A DNA stretch of 36,689 nt from Vulcanimicrobiota bacterium. GTDB lineage: Bacteria > Vulcanimicrobiota > Vulcanimicrobiia > Vulcanimicrobiales > Vulcanimicrobiaceae. A program made the position numbers and the translations under genes. This document shows positions 7,019 to 16,500 of this stretch, in pieces; position 1 is the stretch's first letter, and each line of letters starts with the position of its first letter. Below the pieces are notes generated by a model, which saw only the letters and a list, made by a program, of their open reading frames with translations, was not told the origin of the DNA and did no database searches. The stretch spans positions 15,603-52,291 of the forward strand of contig PKZK01000244.1 of the NCBI GenBank assembly GCA_003133025.1, written 5' to 3'.

Positions 7019-8269
7019 TTAACCTGAAGTCAATTTTCGCTTCTGCGAAAGGAGCGCCTCTAGGCGGGCGGCCCGGTCGGCCTGGGCGGCGCGGTAGGTC
7101 GCCGAGGCGTCCCGGATCAGCCCGATAACTTCGGGGCCGAACGTGGACACCTCCGAGACGGCGGGCGCCGCCACCGGCGCCGCGACGGCGGCCGACAGCG
7201 CAGCGACGACCGGCTCGACCGCGATCTGTTCGACGCACACCGCGCGGCCGAACGTGCAGTCCCAAAAGCAGCCGAAACAGGGCAAGGGATGCACGACGCC
7301 CACGCTGCCCGGAGCCCAAGGCGCGTACGAGGGCCAGGTTCCACCGCCGTACACGGTCACGCCGGGCACCCCGTGGACCGCGGCCAGGTGCGCGGGCCCG
7401 GTGTCGTTGCCGAGGTAGCCCCAGGCGTTGGCCACGAGCGCGCGCAGGGCGCCCGCATCGGCCAGCCTGCCCGCGAAGACGTGCGGCTCGAGGCCGGCCA
7501 CCGCGCAGCGCCGGGCGACGTCGTCGAGCAGTTCGCGCTCGCCGGTATCGCCCACCAACAAGACCCTGCCGCCGAAGCGTTCGCGCACCGCTGCAAGCGT
7601 CGCGACGAAGCGCTCGGGAGCCCAGCGGCGCGCCGGCGTGGCGGCCGAGCCTCCGGGAAAGCAGACGATGTACGAGTGCGGCGTCAGGCCGTGGGTCTTG
7701 AGCGTCTGCCGGGAGCGCGCCGGCAGGGGCCAGTGGGGCGGCTCCACCTCGTCCGCGCCGAGCGCCTTGGCCAGCCGCTCGTAGCGCAGGAGTTCGTGCG
7801 TTCGCGAGCGCGCGTCGGCGTACCGCCGGAACGCCGGAACGGCCAAACCGAAGCGGTCGCAGACGGCGCCGACCAAAGCCCGCGAGTAGTCCACGCTGCG
7901 CAAGGTGACCGCGAGCCGCGGCTTCAGCCGCGCGCCCAGCACGAAGGTCAGCCAGGTCGGACGCAGCTCCGCGCTCACGAACGTATCCGCCGGCCGGCGG
8001 CCCACCGCGGCGAAGGTCCGCTCGAGCGCGCCGAAGAGTACGTCGGACGGCGCGGCCCAGCGATAAGGGTCGATGGGCAGCGGCACCACGCCGTCGACCG
8101 CGTCGCGCAGCGGGGACACGGACACGAAGGGTGCGACCGTCGCGCGCGTTGCGAGCGTGATCCGCGCCGTGGGACGCGCCGCGCGCAGCGCGCTCAAGAA
8201 GCCCGAAGCGAGAACCAGATCTCCGAGGCCGCCCGCGTGCAGGATGAAGAGGCTATCGCGTTTGTCCAG
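7019..8269 (-). CDS. Family 9 glycosyltransferase (heptosyltransferase-like)
   Basis: C-terminal GNDTGPAHLAAVHGVPGVTVYG. The conserved N-terminal FILHAGGLGDLVLASGFL is encoded upstream of the track start (TTG 8197). The frame is open back to TGA 8278-8276, and the only start-like codons there are CTG 8269, ATC 8245 and CTG 8242. Confidence 0.7.
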   Translation of the reverse strand: MDKRDSLFILHAGGLGDLVLASGFLSALRAARPTARITLATRATVAPFVSVSPLRDAVDGVVPLPIDPYRWAAPSDVLFGALERTFAAVGRRPADTFVSAELRPTWLTFVLGARLKPRLAVTLRSVDYSRALVGAVCDRFGLAVPAFRRYADARSRTHELLRYERLAKALGADEVEPPHWPLPARSRQTLKTHGLTPHSYIVCFPGGSAATPARRWAPERFVATLAAVRERFGGRVLLVGDTGERELLDDVARRCAVAGLEPHVFAGRLADAGALRALVANAWGYLGNDTGPAHLAAVHGVPGVTVYGGGTWPSYAPWAPGSVGVVHPLPCFGCFWDCTFGRAVCVEQIAVEPVVAALSAAVAAPVAAPAVSEVSTFGPEVIGLIRDASATYRAAQADRAARLEALLSQKRKLTSG

Positions 8270-8291
8270 TTTGGCTCAGTCCGACGGACGG

Positions 8292-9263
8292 CTAAGCGGG
8301 GACGGCCTCCGGCATCGCGTCGAGATACCACGCGATCGTTTTTTGCAGACCGTCACGCAGCGTCGTCTTCGCGGTGAAGCCGAAGGACCGCTCCGCGCGC
8401 GTAATGTCGAGCTTGCGCCGCGGTTGACCGTTGGGCCGGGACGTATCCCACACGATGTTGCCGCGATAACCGACCATCTCGGCGACCATTTCGACCAGAT
8501 CGCGAATCGCGATCTCTTCGCCGCTGCCCAGGTTGACGGGCTCGGCGCCGTTGAAGCGCTCCGCCGCGAGCACCAGCGCGTCGGCGCAGTCGCGGACGTA
8601 CAAAAACTCGCGCGTGGGCGAACCGTCGCCCCAGCAGGCCACTTCCGACGCGCCCACGCGCTTGGCCTCGACCATCTTGCGGATCAGCGCGGGAATGACG
8701 TGGGACGATTCGAGATCGAAATTATCTCGCGGTCCATAGAGATTGACCGGGAGCACGTAAATGGAATTCATGCCGTACTGCTGGCGATACGCCTGACACT
8801 GCACGAGCAAGGCCTTCTTCGCGATGCCGTACGGAGCGTTCGTCTCTTCGGGATAACCGTCCCAGAGCGCGTCCTCGTTGAACGGAACCGGCGCAAATTT
8901 TGGATAGGCACAGATCGTGCCGACGACGATCACCTTCTGCACGCCGTAGCGGCGCGCGTACTCGATCAGCTGAATGCCCATGATCGCGTTCTGATAAAAG
9001 AACGAACCGGGATTCTTCTCGTTGGCCCCGATACCACCGACGACCGCCGCCAAGTGGAAGAGCACCTCGGGCCGCGATTGCTCGAACAGGCGCTCGATCG
9101 ACTCTTCCTTCGTGAGGTCGAAATCTTTACGACGGGGGAGAATCAGGTTGCTCGCACCGCGAGCACGCAAGGCTTCGACGACGAACGAACCGAGAAATCC
9201 ACCGCTGCCGGTAACGCAGACGCGGCTACGCTTAAGGTCCAAATGATCTGACTGACCGTTCAT
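8292..9263 (-). CDS. fcl: GDP-L-fucose synthase (GDP-4-keto-6-deoxymannose 3,5-epimerase/4-reductase)
   Basis: SDR Rossmann [10 protein letters not shown] and catalytic Y-x-x-x-K (YGIAKK). [11 protein letters not shown] and HVIPALIRK are typical of Fcl/WcaG. The 323-aa length from ATG 9263 fits. Overlaps the upstream GT4 stop by 32 nt. Confidence 0.85.
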   Translation of the reverse strand: MNGQSDHLDLKRSRVCVTGSGGFLGSFVVEALRARGASNLILPRRKDFDLTKEESIERLFEQSRPEVLFHLAAVVGGIGANEKNPGSFFYQNAIMGIQLIEYARRYGVQKVIVVGTICAYPKFAPVPFNEDALWDGYPEETNAPYGIAKKALLVQCQAYRQQYGMNSIYVLPVNLYGPRDNFDLESSHVIPALIRKMVEAKRVGASEVACWGDGSPTREFLYVRDCADALVLAAERFNGAEPVNLGSGEEIAIRDLVEMVAEMVGYRGNIVWDTSRPNGQPRRKLDITRAERSFGFTAKTTLRDGLQKTIAWYLDAMPEAVPA

Positions 9264-10470
9264 GGTCGAACGCCCCGTTCGGAAACGCAGTGAGGGGAAC
9301 TGCGTCCAGGATATCGCGGTACGCGAGGACGGTATCGGACCAGTTATATGCACTGCGAACGTGCTCCTGTCCTTGCCGACCTAGCCGCTCGCGCAGCTCC
9401 CCGTCGAAGAGGTCGAGCGCGACCTCGAACTCTTCGTAGGAATCGTACCAGATACCGCCTTGAGCGCGCCTGCACTGACCGACCAGAACGCTGGACCGAG
9501 CGTTGACCAGGACCGGCTTCGCGCAGGCCCACGCCTCGAGCAGCACCAGAGACAGGCTTTCGTACTGCGAGGGCATGACCAGCAGGTTGCACGCGGCCAA
9601 GGCATCCCACTTGGTGCGCTCGTCGACCTGGCCCACCGCGATGATGTCGCGGTGTTGCGGGATCGTCGTATGCGCCCGGCCCACGAGCACCAGCTTCAGG
9701 GGCGTGGTCGAGCCCCTGCGGTAGCGCATGAAATCCTCGAACAGCACGTCGACGCCCTTCGACTTTTCGATGCGGCCCAGGTAGAGCACGAAGGGTTCCT
9801 CGATGTCGAAGCGTTTACGAAAGCGCTCCGGATTGCGGTCGGGCGGGGCTTCGATGCCCACCCCGATCGTCGCCGAGCGTTCCGGAAGCCGTTCGAATCG
9901 GCGCTCGAGAAATTCGCGCTCTTCGCTCGTGCTGAAGATCAGCGCCCGCGGCGCGGCGAACAGCTCGTCCCACATCGACATGCGGATCGGCCACTCGTCG
10001 TGCGCAAAGGGGATGAGGACGGCCTTCTTGGCGACGCGCGGCAAACCAAAGTACGTCGTCGCGTACAAGTACGTGAAAAACGCGAAGGCGTCGTAGTAGG
10101 GCTCGTACTCGGCGAGGTAATGCAAGAGCGGCGTCGAGAGCGGCCCTTGCGCGCGCATCCAGTCCTCTTGTTGCGTCAGCGTCTGTCCGGCCAGGTCGCC
10201 AGCAACCCGTGCCGACAAACGATCGAACGACCGGACGTCGCGCGGCTTGTCGACGGGAAAGCGCCGGACGTGGACTTCGCGCACGATGCTGTGACCGACG
10301 GGCAGTTCGTTGCGCCAGGTTTGGTAATCCAGGGCGCACGTGGTCAGAATGTCGACGTCGTAGGAATAGCGCAGACGCTCGGCTACCTGCAGCGCCATGG
10401 ACTCGGCTCCGCCGACCACGTCTTCGCCGCAGCGCTGTACGACGAAAGCGATGCGCCGTTGTGACTCCAC
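9232..10470 (-). CDS. Family 4 (GT-B) glycosyltransferase
   Basis: N-terminal [19 protein letters not shown]-terminal sugar-nucleotide-binding region [23 protein letters not shown]. Confidence 0.8.
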   Translation of the reverse strand: MESQRRIAFVVQRCGEDVVGGAESMALQVAERLRYSYDVDILTTCALDYQTWRNELPVGHSIVREVHVRRFPVDKPRDVRSFDRLSARVAGDLAGQTLTQQEDWMRAQGPLSTPLLHYLAEYEPYYDAFAFFTYLYATTYFGLPRVAKKAVLIPFAHDEWPIRMSMWDELFAAPRALIFSTSEEREFLERRFERLPERSATIGVGIEAPPDRNPERFRKRFDIEEPFVLYLGRIEKSKGVDVLFEDFMRYRRGSTTPLKLVLVGRAHTTIPQHRDIIAVGQVDERTKWDALAACNLLVMPSQYESLSLVLLEAWACAKPVLVNARSSVLVGQCRRAQGGIWYDSYEEFEVALDLFDGELRERLGRQGQEHVRSAYNWSDTVLAYRDILDAVPLTAFPNGAFDHERSVRSFGP

Positions 10471-10480
10471 CGCCGAAGCC

Positions 10481-12697
10481 TTAGCCTGCGGGGACCGCGA
10501 CCCTGCCCAAAAGGGTCTCGACCAGCCGGCCGCCGGCGGGCAAGTCGAGCGTAAAGGCCGACCGGCGCGCTTCTTGGGCGTGGCGCACCTTTCCGCGCAG
10601 GATCTTGTCGCCGATGAGCAGCTTGGCGAGCGCGGCCAGCCCGCGCAAGTCGTTCTTGCGCCGGTAGAGCAACCCGGCCGAGCCCAGCAGCCGGATGATC
10701 CTGGGCGTGGAGAAGGCCATCACCGGCACGTCGTGCCAGAGCGCGTCGACGAACGGTACCCGGGGCTCGATGCCCTCGCTCATCGACCAGAAAATGGACG
10801 CCTGGCGATAGGCCGCGGCCAGAGCCCCGGCGTCGACGGGATCGACGAAGACCACCCGCTCGCCCAGGCGATGAGCGACGATCAGCGACCTGATCCACGC
10901 GGCGTAGACGGGGTCGTCGAAGGACACCGCCAGGATCAGCCGGGCATCGACCTCCAGGGCGATCAGGTACGCGAACGAGGCGACGAGCTGTTCGCAGCAG
11001 GAAATCGGCGTCAGCGGCCCGGCAAAGAGGCAGTTGGCCTTGCCGTCTCCGAGAGCGGCCGAGAGTTCCCGGTCGGGTTCCACGTCCCAGCAGCGCAGAT
11101 CGAATTGGAAGGGCCAGATTTCGATCGACGCGGCGCCCTCGCGGCGCAGGGCGGCGGCCTCATCGGGCGTGCGCACCATCGAGAGCAGCGCCTGAGGGAT
11201 CAGGCGCGAGACCAAGCCCGCCGACTCGGCGAAGCGCACGGGATCGTAGGCCAAGGCCGCGCCGCCCGGCCAGTCGAGCGCGCGGTCGATCTCGTCGGGG
11301 TCGGGCGAGTGCACGACCAGCAGCGAGTGGCGGTCCTCGTCCGGCGGCGTTTCACCGGGCGCGAGCACGCGGCAGGCGTAGCCGGCCTGCGACGCCCACG
11401 CTTCCAGCGTCAGGGCACGCCGGTACAGCTCGTCGTTGAGATCGTTCGACGGAACCGAGAGCACGAGGCGGCCGCCCGCGGGCAGGCGCGGAAGCGGATC
11501 GCCGGCGCGCCACAAAGCGTCGTCGTAGCGGGCCAGCACGCCGTCCTGCGTCGCGTGCATCAAATAGTACACGCGTCCGCGTTCGCCCATCTCCGCGAGC
11601 AACGACGCGTCGGCGCGGTCGACGAAGCCCATCAGTTCGGCCCACTCGCCCTTGCTGGTCGCCGTCCAGCCGCCGCGCGAACGGCCGACCGCGAGCGACG
11701 TCGAGATGCACTGCGCGTTGACGGCGACCGGGCGGCCCATGGCCCACGCCTCCATCAGCACGCGCGAGAAACTCTCGTTGTAGCTCGGCTGAAAGAGGGC
11801 CAGCGTCTGCGAGAGCAACGTATCGCGTTGCACGTCGCTGACCTGACCCAGATCGTAGACGCCGTGGACCGGATCGTGATAATTCGTCGAGCCCGAGCCG
11901 GCCAGCACGAGTTTCAGCGTAGAGGCGTAATCGTGTCGGCGGTACAGTCGAAAGGCCTCGATGAGCAAGCCGACGTTCTTGGTTTCGTCGCGGCGTCCGA
12001 GATAGAGCACGTAGCGCTCCTGCGCGGGCGAGAAGGCGCCGACGCGGGTGGGCAAGCCGGACGCCGCCGCGGGCGTCTCGATCCACTCGCCCACCACGAA
12101 CGACTTGTCGCGCAAACCCGGTCCGAACAGGCGCAAGGCCAATTCGCACTCACCGTCGCTGTTGAACAACAGCCCGCGGGCGGCGTGAAAGATCGCGGCC
12201 ACCTGCGGCAAATGCGCGTAGGACTCGTGATGCAGACACGGCTGCAACCAGGCGCGCTCGCGCACGAGCGGAATCCCGCGCAGCACGGGGCCGTACAAAT
12301 ACGGAAGAAAGATGACCGCATCGTAGTCGCGGCCGTAGGCCGCGAGAAATTGCAAGAGTTCGCGCGAATTGATGTTGTTGTCGACGAACGCTTCGACGTG
12401 TTCGGGCGGCAGCGCGGGCGCGCGGCGCCAGCCCGGCGGCTGGCTGAGAAAGAATGCGTTGGCCCGGTCGAAGGCTTCCTGGTCGCGCCGGTCGAGTTTG
12501 AAGCGGCGCACCGTGACGCCCGCGTCGACGCTCGCACCCGCCGCGAAATGGTTGGTGGCCCAATCGTCGGCCGGCGAACGCGCGGTCGTCGTCAAGACGT
12601 CGACGACGTCGCCTTGCTGAGCGAAGCCCTCCGCGAGTTGCCGGGCCTGACGTTCCGCACCGCCGGTGAGGTGACGACCGTACCAGGGCGTCACCAC
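10481..12697 (-). CDS. Bifunctional-looking glycosyltransferase: two GT-B (GT4-like) units fused in one 738-aa protein
   Basis: N-half VTPWYG...GGAE...QPSYNESFSRVLMEAWAMGRPVAV. C-half second unit ...SMSEGIEPRVPFVDALWHDVPVMAF. GTG start at 12697. Confidence 0.8.
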   Translation of the reverse strand: MVTPWYGRHLTGGAERQARQLAEGFAQQGDVVDVLTTTARSPADDWATNHFAAGASVDAGVTVRRFKLDRRDQEAFDRANAFFLSQPPGWRRAPALPPEHVEAFVDNNINSRELLQFLAAYGRDYDAVIFLPYLYGPVLRGIPLVRERAWLQPCLHHESYAHLPQVAAIFHAARGLLFNSDGECELALRLFGPGLRDKSFVVGEWIETPAAASGLPTRVGAFSPAQERYVLYLGRRDETKNVGLLIEAFRLYRRHDYASTLKLVLAGSGSTNYHDPVHGVYDLGQVSDVQRDTLLSQTLALFQPSYNESFSRVLMEAWAMGRPVAVNAQCISTSLAVGRSRGGWTATSKGEWAELMGFVDRADASLLAEMGERGRVYYLMHATQDGVLARYDDALWRAGDPLPRLPAGGRLVLSVPSNDLNDELYRRALTLEAWASQAGYACRVLAPGETPPDEDRHSLLVVHSPDPDEIDRALDWPGGAALAYDPVRFAESAGLVSRLIPQALLSMVRTPDEAAALRREGAASIEIWPFQFDLRCWDVEPDRELSAALGDGKANCLFAGPLTPISCCEQLVASFAYLIALEVDARLILAVSFDDPVYAAWIRSLIVAHRLGERVVFVDPVDAGALAAAYRQASIFWSMSEGIEPRVPFVDALWHDVPVMAFSTPRIIRLLGSAGLLYRRKNDLRGLAALAKLLIGDKILRGKVRHAQEARRSAFTLDLPAGGRLVETLLGRVAVPAG

Positions 12698-12720
12698 GGC
12701 GATCCGGTGAGGCGGACGCG

Positions 12721-13143
12721 CTATTTGCGCAGCTCCGTTTCGCGCAGATCGGCCTGCAGCCGTTGCACTTCGGTCTCGAGCAGGATCAGCCGCCGCAAGA
12801 GCCCGCGGTTGACCGCCAGCGATTCGCGCAGGGAGGCGATCAACGCGAAGTTGACGTGACGCTGATCCTTGAAGAGATAGGCCAGGCCGCGCAACGCGAG
12901 GCGCTGCAGCTTCGGGCTGCGGTCGAACGGGAAGATGCGCAATTGACCCGACCAGCGGGTACGAATCTCGGCCTTGGCCTGAGCCGTATTCAACAACGCT
13001 TCGATCGAGGCCAAGGGTAGCGGAGCCGACGGATCACCGGTGAAGGTGACGGGCTCGTAACCGACCCCGCGTTTGGCGACTTCCTGCTGGATGCGCGCCA
13101 TCAAGTCGTCGACGTCAATCGCCGGGTTGTTGTGTTCTAGCAT
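12721..13143 (-). CDS. Small (140 aa) helical protein, first gene of the glycosyltransferase operon; unknown function
   Basis: ATG 13143. IDVDDLMARIQQEVAKR...FKDQRHVNFALIASLRESL... ends in a coiled-coil-like LETEVQRLQADLRETELRK. Codons look somewhat more A/T-ending than in neighbouring genes. Confidence 0.55.
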   Translation of the reverse strand: MLEHNNPAIDVDDLMARIQQEVAKRGVGYEPVTFTGDPSAPLPLASIEALLNTAQAKAEIRTRWSGQLRIFPFDRSPKLQRLALRGLAYLFKDQRHVNFALIASLRESLAVNRGLLRRLILLETEVQRLQADLRETELRK

Positions 13144-13202
13144 GAGGGTCCCGTTGCGTTCGCGCCGGGGGAATGGGGCTCCCGGTACGGCAACGAGGCG
13201 GC

Positions 13203-13592
13203 ATGAAAATCTGGACTGCCCTGGCGGTGGCCGTCGCGGCGGTGCTCTTCGGTCTGGCGCTGAGCAACGAGGTCTATGCGCTCACCTCGCCGCCCTCGCT
13301 CAGTTGGCACGTTCTGCTCCGGAAGGCCTACAGCATCGGCGCCTTCGCGATCCTCGGCTACGTGTCGGGGCGCGCGGCGTACGAATGGCGCCTCAAGCCG
13401 ACCATTCCCGGATTGACCCTCGCCGTCGGGCTCTACAGCGCGGCGATCGAGGTGGCCCAATTCCTCAACGGCTCGACCGAAGGCTTGGGTTGGAACGTCT
13501 TCGATACCGCATGCGGCGCCGTAGGAGGCCTGCTCGCGGGAATCGCGCTCCGCTTTACGCCGCGCCGAGCTCGCGGACGGCGGCCGCGTTGA
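13203..13592 (+). CDS. Small integral membrane protein, VanZ-like (tentative)
   Basis: ATG 13203. About four hydrophobic segments. YSAAIEVAQFL...WNVFDTACGAVGGLLAG resembles the VanZ-family E-x-x-Q...D-x-x-x-N/G-x-x-G pattern. The 3' end overlaps the metH 3' end by 38 nt. Confidence 0.5.
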   Translation: MKIWTALAVAVAAVLFGLALSNEVYALTSPPSLSWHVLLRKAYSIGAFAILGYVSGRAAYEWRLKPTIPGLTLAVGLYSAAIEVAQFLNGSTEGLGWNVFDTACGAVGGLLAGIALRFTPRRARGRRPR

Positions 13593-16500
13593 AGTACGAC
13601 GCATCGGGGTGGTGCATCACGATGGCCGCGGTCGACTGCTCCGGCACGATCTGGTAGGCGTCGGTCAGGGCCGCCCCGATCGACGCCTCGACGTCGAGCA
13701 GGCGCCACACCAGCGCGTGTTGCGAGAGATCCGGGCAGGCCCCGTAGCCCCACGAGTAGCGCTTGCCCCGCTCGGGCGCAAGCCCGAGTTCGCGGCGAAT
13801 GCGGCGCTGCGTCCACTCCGCGAGCGCCTCGGCGGCTTGCACCGAGAAGCCGTGGAGGAAATAAGCGCCGCTGTAGTCGCCGGCGCGCTGAAGACGATCG
13901 ATCTCGAGCGAGACGCCCGGCCCGGCCGTGACCACTTGCAGCCCGACGATGTCGCTCGCACCGCCGGCCAGCGGCGTGCGCAGATAATCCGCGAGGCAGA
14001 GATGCTTTCCGCCGGCCTGTCGCGTGAAGCGGAAGCGCGCGATCTCGCGGCCGGGCGTCGACGGCTCGTAGAGCACGACGTCGTCACCGTCGCCCGCGGC
14101 GCGGAAATAGCCGTACACGACCGCCGGGGCCAACAGCGGCTCGCGTTCGGCGCGCGCTTGCAAGGCGCGCAAGCGCGGCGCGAACTCCTCGCGCACCAAC
14201 GTCTCCCACGCGGCGCCCTTGGCGTTGCCGCCGCCCCAGGACAAGCGGAAGAGACTGCGCTCGTCGAAACACGCCCACAATTCTTCGAGCGCGACATCCT
14301 GCACGACGCGCTTGCCGAAAAACGGCGCAACCGGCACGGCGGCGCGCGCCAATCCCGCGCGCGCGTTGCGCCCCGCCGGGGCGACTGCGACGGGTGCGGC
14401 AACGTGTGCGCGCGCGCGCTCGGCCTCGTCGCGCACGCGCCTCGCGAAGGCCTCGCGCCGCGCCGGATCGCCGGTCAACGCATCCACGATCTCGAGACCT
14501 TCGAAGGCATCTTTGGCATAGAAGACGCCGGGATCGAAATAGCGTTCGCCGCCTTCGCCGCGTTCGAGAAACGAGATGCGCCGTCCGAAATCGCGATTGA
14601 TCGCCGCGCCGCCGACGACGACCGGGAAGTGCAAGCCGCGCGAATCTTGCTCTTGCACGCAGACCGTCATCTGCTTCGAGGTCGAGACCAGCAGCGCCGA
14701 GAGCCCGATCGCATCCGCGCCGACTTCGACGGCTTTATCGAGGATGACGCTCATCGGGACTTGCTTGCCCAAATCGTATACGGTGTAGCCGTTGTTGGTC
14801 AGGATCGTATCGACTAAATTCTTGCCGATGTCGTGCACGTCGCCGAAGACCGTGGCCAGCACCACCTTGCCCTTGCTGACGCCGTCCTTCTTCTCCAAAA
14901 ATTGCTCGAGGTGCGCGACGGCCTTCTTCATCACTTCGGCGGACTGCAACACGAAGGGCAAGATCAGTTCGCCCGAGCCGAAGCGATCGCCGACGTCCTT
15001 CATCGCGGGCAACAGAATCTCGTTGAGCACGGCGACCGGATCGCGCTCCAGCAGCGCCTCGTCGATCTTGGCCTCGATGCCGTCCTTGCGCCGGCGCAGG
15101 ATCGCTTCGTGAATGCGCCGCTCGACCGGCGCATCGGCATCTTCGGCGACGGCGGCCACGGCCACCGTACCCGGCGCGGAACGCGACTCGAAGTATTCGA
15201 TCAAGCGCGCGAGGGCGTCGGCGCGACGGTCGAAGACCAGATCGTCGCACAGTTCGCGCTCGGTCGCGTCGAGTTCGCCGTACGGGGTGACTTCCTTGGC
15301 GTTGACGAGGGCCATGTCGAGCCCGGCCTGCACCGAGTGATGCAGCATGACCGAGTTGAGCGCGGCGCGCGCCGCCGGCTTGAGCCCGAACGAAACGTTC
15401 GAAACGCCGAGCGAGGTCAAGACGCCGGGCAACTCGGCCTTGATCTTCTTGATGCCCTCGAGCGTCTCGAGCGCCGAGGGACGGAACTCCGCTTCACCGG
15501 TAGCCAGCGTGAAGGTCAACGCATCGAAGATGAGCGCGCCCGGCGGTATGCCGTATTCGCCCACGACGATGTCGTGAATGCGTCGCGCGACCTCGAGCTT
15601 GCGCGCGGCCGTTTTGGCCATGCCCGTTTCGTCGATGGTGAGCGCCACGACCGCGGCGCCTGCTTCGACCACGAGCGGCATCACGCGGTCGAGCTTCTCA
15701 CGCCCGTTCTCGAGATTGATCGAGTTGACCGCCGGCCGCCCGGCGTAGATCTTGAGCGCGGCTTCGATCACCTCGGGTTCGGTCGAGTCGATCATCAGGG
15801 GCGCGGGCACGGCCTGCGCGAGCTTCTTCACCAGCGTGGCCATTTGCCCGGCTTCGTCGCTGCGCTCGGTCAGCGCGGTACAGACGTCGAGGATGTGCGC
15901 GCCGTTCTCGACCTGCTCGCGCGCCACCAGCAAAATCTCGTCGTAATCGTCGGCCAAGAGCAGACGTTTGATGCGGCGCGAACCCTGCGAATTGATCCGC
16001 TCGCCGATCAAGAGCGGGCTGCCGTCTTGCACGAGCGCGGTCGCGCTCATCGCCGACGCGGCGAACTGCAGCGGCTTGGGCCTGGGCGCGCGCCCGCGCA
16101 ACCCGGCGACGGCGGCCGCGAAGGCGCGCACGTGCGCGGGCGTCGTGCCGCAGCAACCGCCGATCGCGTTGACGCCGTATTCGCGCACGAACGCGGCCAG
16201 GTCGCGCGACATTTCATCGGGCCGCTCGGGATAGATCGTTTCGCCTTTGGGGCCCATGAGCGGCAAGCCCGCATTGGGAATGACCGAGACGAAGCAGCGC
16301 GAGTTCTCGACGAGGTAGCGTACCGCGTCGCGCATGTGCGCCGGGCCGGTCGAACAATTCAAACCGATCACGTCGATCGGCAGCGCGTCGAGCGTCGCGC
16401 AGACCGCGGCGATGTCGGTGCCCAGCAGCATGCGGCCGGTCACGTCGAGCGTCGCTTGCGCTTGGATCGGCACGCGCCGCACGCCGCGCGCGAAGGCGCG

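Noticed and set aside
6333-7022. Plus-strand ORFs 6333-7022 and 6451-7005 opposite the coiled-coil gene
   Set aside because: The repetitive A/E/R/L coding sequence is open in several frames. The minus frame is preferred because it starts exactly after the GT9 stop and gives a regular coiled-coil pattern.
12697-12730. Second AAA-TAG gene end (small helical protein) followed by the GT4-GT4 gene, considered as another frameshift fusion
   Set aside because: The downstream frame is -1/+2 relative to the upstream one and there is no slippery X-XXY-YYZ heptamer. A GTG start at 12697 with a 23-nt gap explains it as two ordinary genes.
10397-12859. 820-aa plus-strand ORF
   Set aside because: It is antisense to the GT4-GT4 gene. 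The translation is Arg/Ala/Gly/Asp-rich with no recognisable motif, whereas the minus frame has clear GT-B motifs. This is a typical shadow ORF of GC-rich DNA.
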